From: Haplodiscus bocki | Lineage: Eukaryota | Length of the DNA: 64,000 bases | Assembly: GCA_965655095.1 (NCBI GenBank) | Contig: OZ296659.1 | Span: forward strand, 46,500,001 to 46,564,000 | Reading direction: 5' to 3' | Shown here: positions 61,986 to 64,000 of the stretch, piece by piece | Layout: each line of letters opens with the position of its first letter | How positions within the stretch are numbered: the first letter of the stretch is position 1 | The notes under the pieces: generated by a model | The model's database searches: none | The model's input: the letters and a program-made list of their open reading frames with translations, nothing else | Told to the model about the DNA's origin: nothing | Made by a program: the position numbers and the translations under genes

Positions 61986-62269
61986 GTTCGAGTGACGACA
62001 AACTCAGATGGGCGTTTGAGTTATATGACGTTGAAAGGGATGGTCGAATATCTAAAGAAGAGCTTGCTCAAGTCGTCGACAGTGTTTATCAAATGGTTGG
62101 CAAAAGTTATCTCGAAGACGACTATAGGCGAAAAGCAGTCATATCCAGAGTAAATGCGTTTTTTGGGGCAATGGATCTTCACAATGACGATTACTTGACC
62201 CTTGATGAATTCAAAGAAGCTGTCCAGTACGATCCAGCTATTTTAAAAGATTTGGACTGGAAAGTTTGA
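61986..62269 (+). CDS. Neuronal calcium sensor family protein, coding exon 2
   Basis: SSDDKLRWAFELYDVERDGRISKEELAQVVDSVYQMVG...FFGAMDLHNDDYLTLDEFKEAVQYDPAILKDLDWKV*; EF3 and EF4; missing from the ORF track because it needs splicing. Confidence 0.95.
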
Positions 62270-64000
62270 CATCCAATCAAAATTTTGGATTGGACGTAAA
62301 ATTATGTGTAAATATTTCTAAAAGTATGTAAATAGCTGTGATAAACCTTAAACCTAATAATTTTGTAATTTTGTTTTAGTTACCAGCATTTGGATGTTAT
62401 ACATTTTTGAATCGTAGAGTATAGGTTTTTCTGATTTTTGAGTATAGGTACTTTGGATTTTTGATATGTTTTGGTGGGAGATTTCGATTTTGCTAGTGTT
62501 TTGAGCCTTGTTCGTCGTACAACCAGAAATGGGGAGCAATGAATTGCTATGTAGCCTTATATCAGGTTTTTCGTTTTTTCTCCTTAATCGGGGTGCGATA
62601 GAGTCTTGGTGAACACTTGTGTTGTATGTAGATCGGGTTTTCTAGAACACAAAACTATTAGTATTTATAAACCGGCTAACGCTTATTTTTCATCCTGTCT
62701 TGAACATGAATTTTTTGACGCCAGAGAGAGCTTAGTCATCTAGTCTAAACGGTTAAAATGGCCTCTTTTTGGCAGGTACTTGTTGAATTTCGTTTTTTAT
62801 TGTGCAAACTTCTTGAACATTGGGCTGTGAAATTATATGATTGAGAGTAGTAACCATATCCTTTCCATTATACCAAAGACTCATGAACCACTTGAGTTAG
62901 TAATTTGTGATTGGACTGATAAACTCAACTCTCTCATGTATTTTAGAAAGCTAAAATTTCAACTGGCAGATCGACAGCTTGGTATCAGACACTGTGACAA
63001 GTACTTGTCTCAATTCGACTTTTTCGAAGCAACTTTTGATTGATGGCTGGTGTAGTAGAATTGAAGATGTCAGTCACATCTTTTATGGTTTCCGAAATGT
63101 CTTTCAGTATTTTTGATTCAATAATTGACAGCTAGAATGTGTTGTGAAGTTCCGTTTTGCCTCTGTGTCCTACATGGTTCACACCAGTTGCAACACGAAA
63201 CTTGTAAATCTGCCTCATTAGAAACATGTGACGCAGTCGTTAGGACAAAAGGCTCTAAAGTGCAAACGATTTGTGGATCGCGGGTTTTTCCAAGTTTCCC
63301 GTTTTAATTAAGCTGGCAAATTGCCAGCTGTAACGAATGAGCACATTTTTGTCATAGTCACAACTCGCGTGAGATGTGTGGGATGAACTTCGCTTGTAAC
63401 TGCCAAACGAGGTCCCTTTTGGTGTACAGACTGTTGGCAACGGCCAGGTGCTTCAAATCCCGTCTCGGTTTTTTGTCTTTGGTCTCAAATTTTGAACTTT
63501 CTCCCTTTCGCAATTGAACTAAATCTCAAGTAATGAAAAAAAGTTCTTTTTTGTCCCAAACTTGCGCTTGCTCTTTTTTTTCTCTAGCAAATTCACATTT
63601 TCTCAAGGAAGTGAATGAAATTGTTACCAACGTATAATATATAAAATGTCTTCTTTTGGGGAGACGCTAAATTCTGTGTTTGTAGTGTACAAAAACTGAT
63701 CAATCTTTCTCCCTTTTTTTGCCTTTCGATTCACCTTCACTGCGCATCCAGAGCAAATGAAAACGAGTCGTGAAATTTCGCAGATGTTTGCCAAGATCAA
63801 AGAATGGCGTTCTTGATGCTGTAAAATTGGCTAAGTATAGCTATTTTCGCATTTTTCTAGGTATTGCTCTTTTGTTTTCCATAGTGACTTCTTAGGTACC
63901 ACGCGAACATTGCAGCAGCAAAAGTACAGCTCAATACCTCAATTTTAAGGGTTTTCAATGGTTGAAGGTGGACGAGAAGTTGATTTTTCGGATATTTGAG

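Overview
AT-rich eukaryotic (metazoan-type) genomic scaffold with three N-gaps, mostly made of decayed transposable elements; no prokaryotic features or CRISPR. One intact host gene is present: a two-coding-exon neuronal calcium sensor (NCS/recoverin/neurocalcin family) gene on + (44177-44459 joined to 61986-62269, 188 aa, N-myristoylation motif, non-canonical EF-hand loops). Its 17.5-kb intron holds a decayed Polinton/Maverick (adintovirus-like) block (packaging ATPase, integrase, minor capsid, exonuclease-like gene), a 27-bp minisatellite, a foldback MITE and an antisense, highly diverged ribosomal protein uS5/RPS2-like relic. Upstream are Ty3/Gypsy relics (3.6-12 kb), LINE RT fragments, a ~2.3-kb-unit macrosatellite built from the ORF1/endonuclease part of a LINE (19.3-31 kb), and two convergent CR1-group LINEs (34.3-42.7 kb). 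The most notable observation is a shared LINE architecture: an extra upstream ORF0 (conserved WGSxGGPL and ASS...PG motifs, possibly SGNH-like), a short direct repeat about 90 bp apart just before ORF1, and an ORF1 stop in the readthrough context TGA-CTA(G) seen in three different LINE lineages. In the + strand element ORF2 follows that stop in frame with no ATG. All family assignments come from motif recognition by eye, not from database searches.
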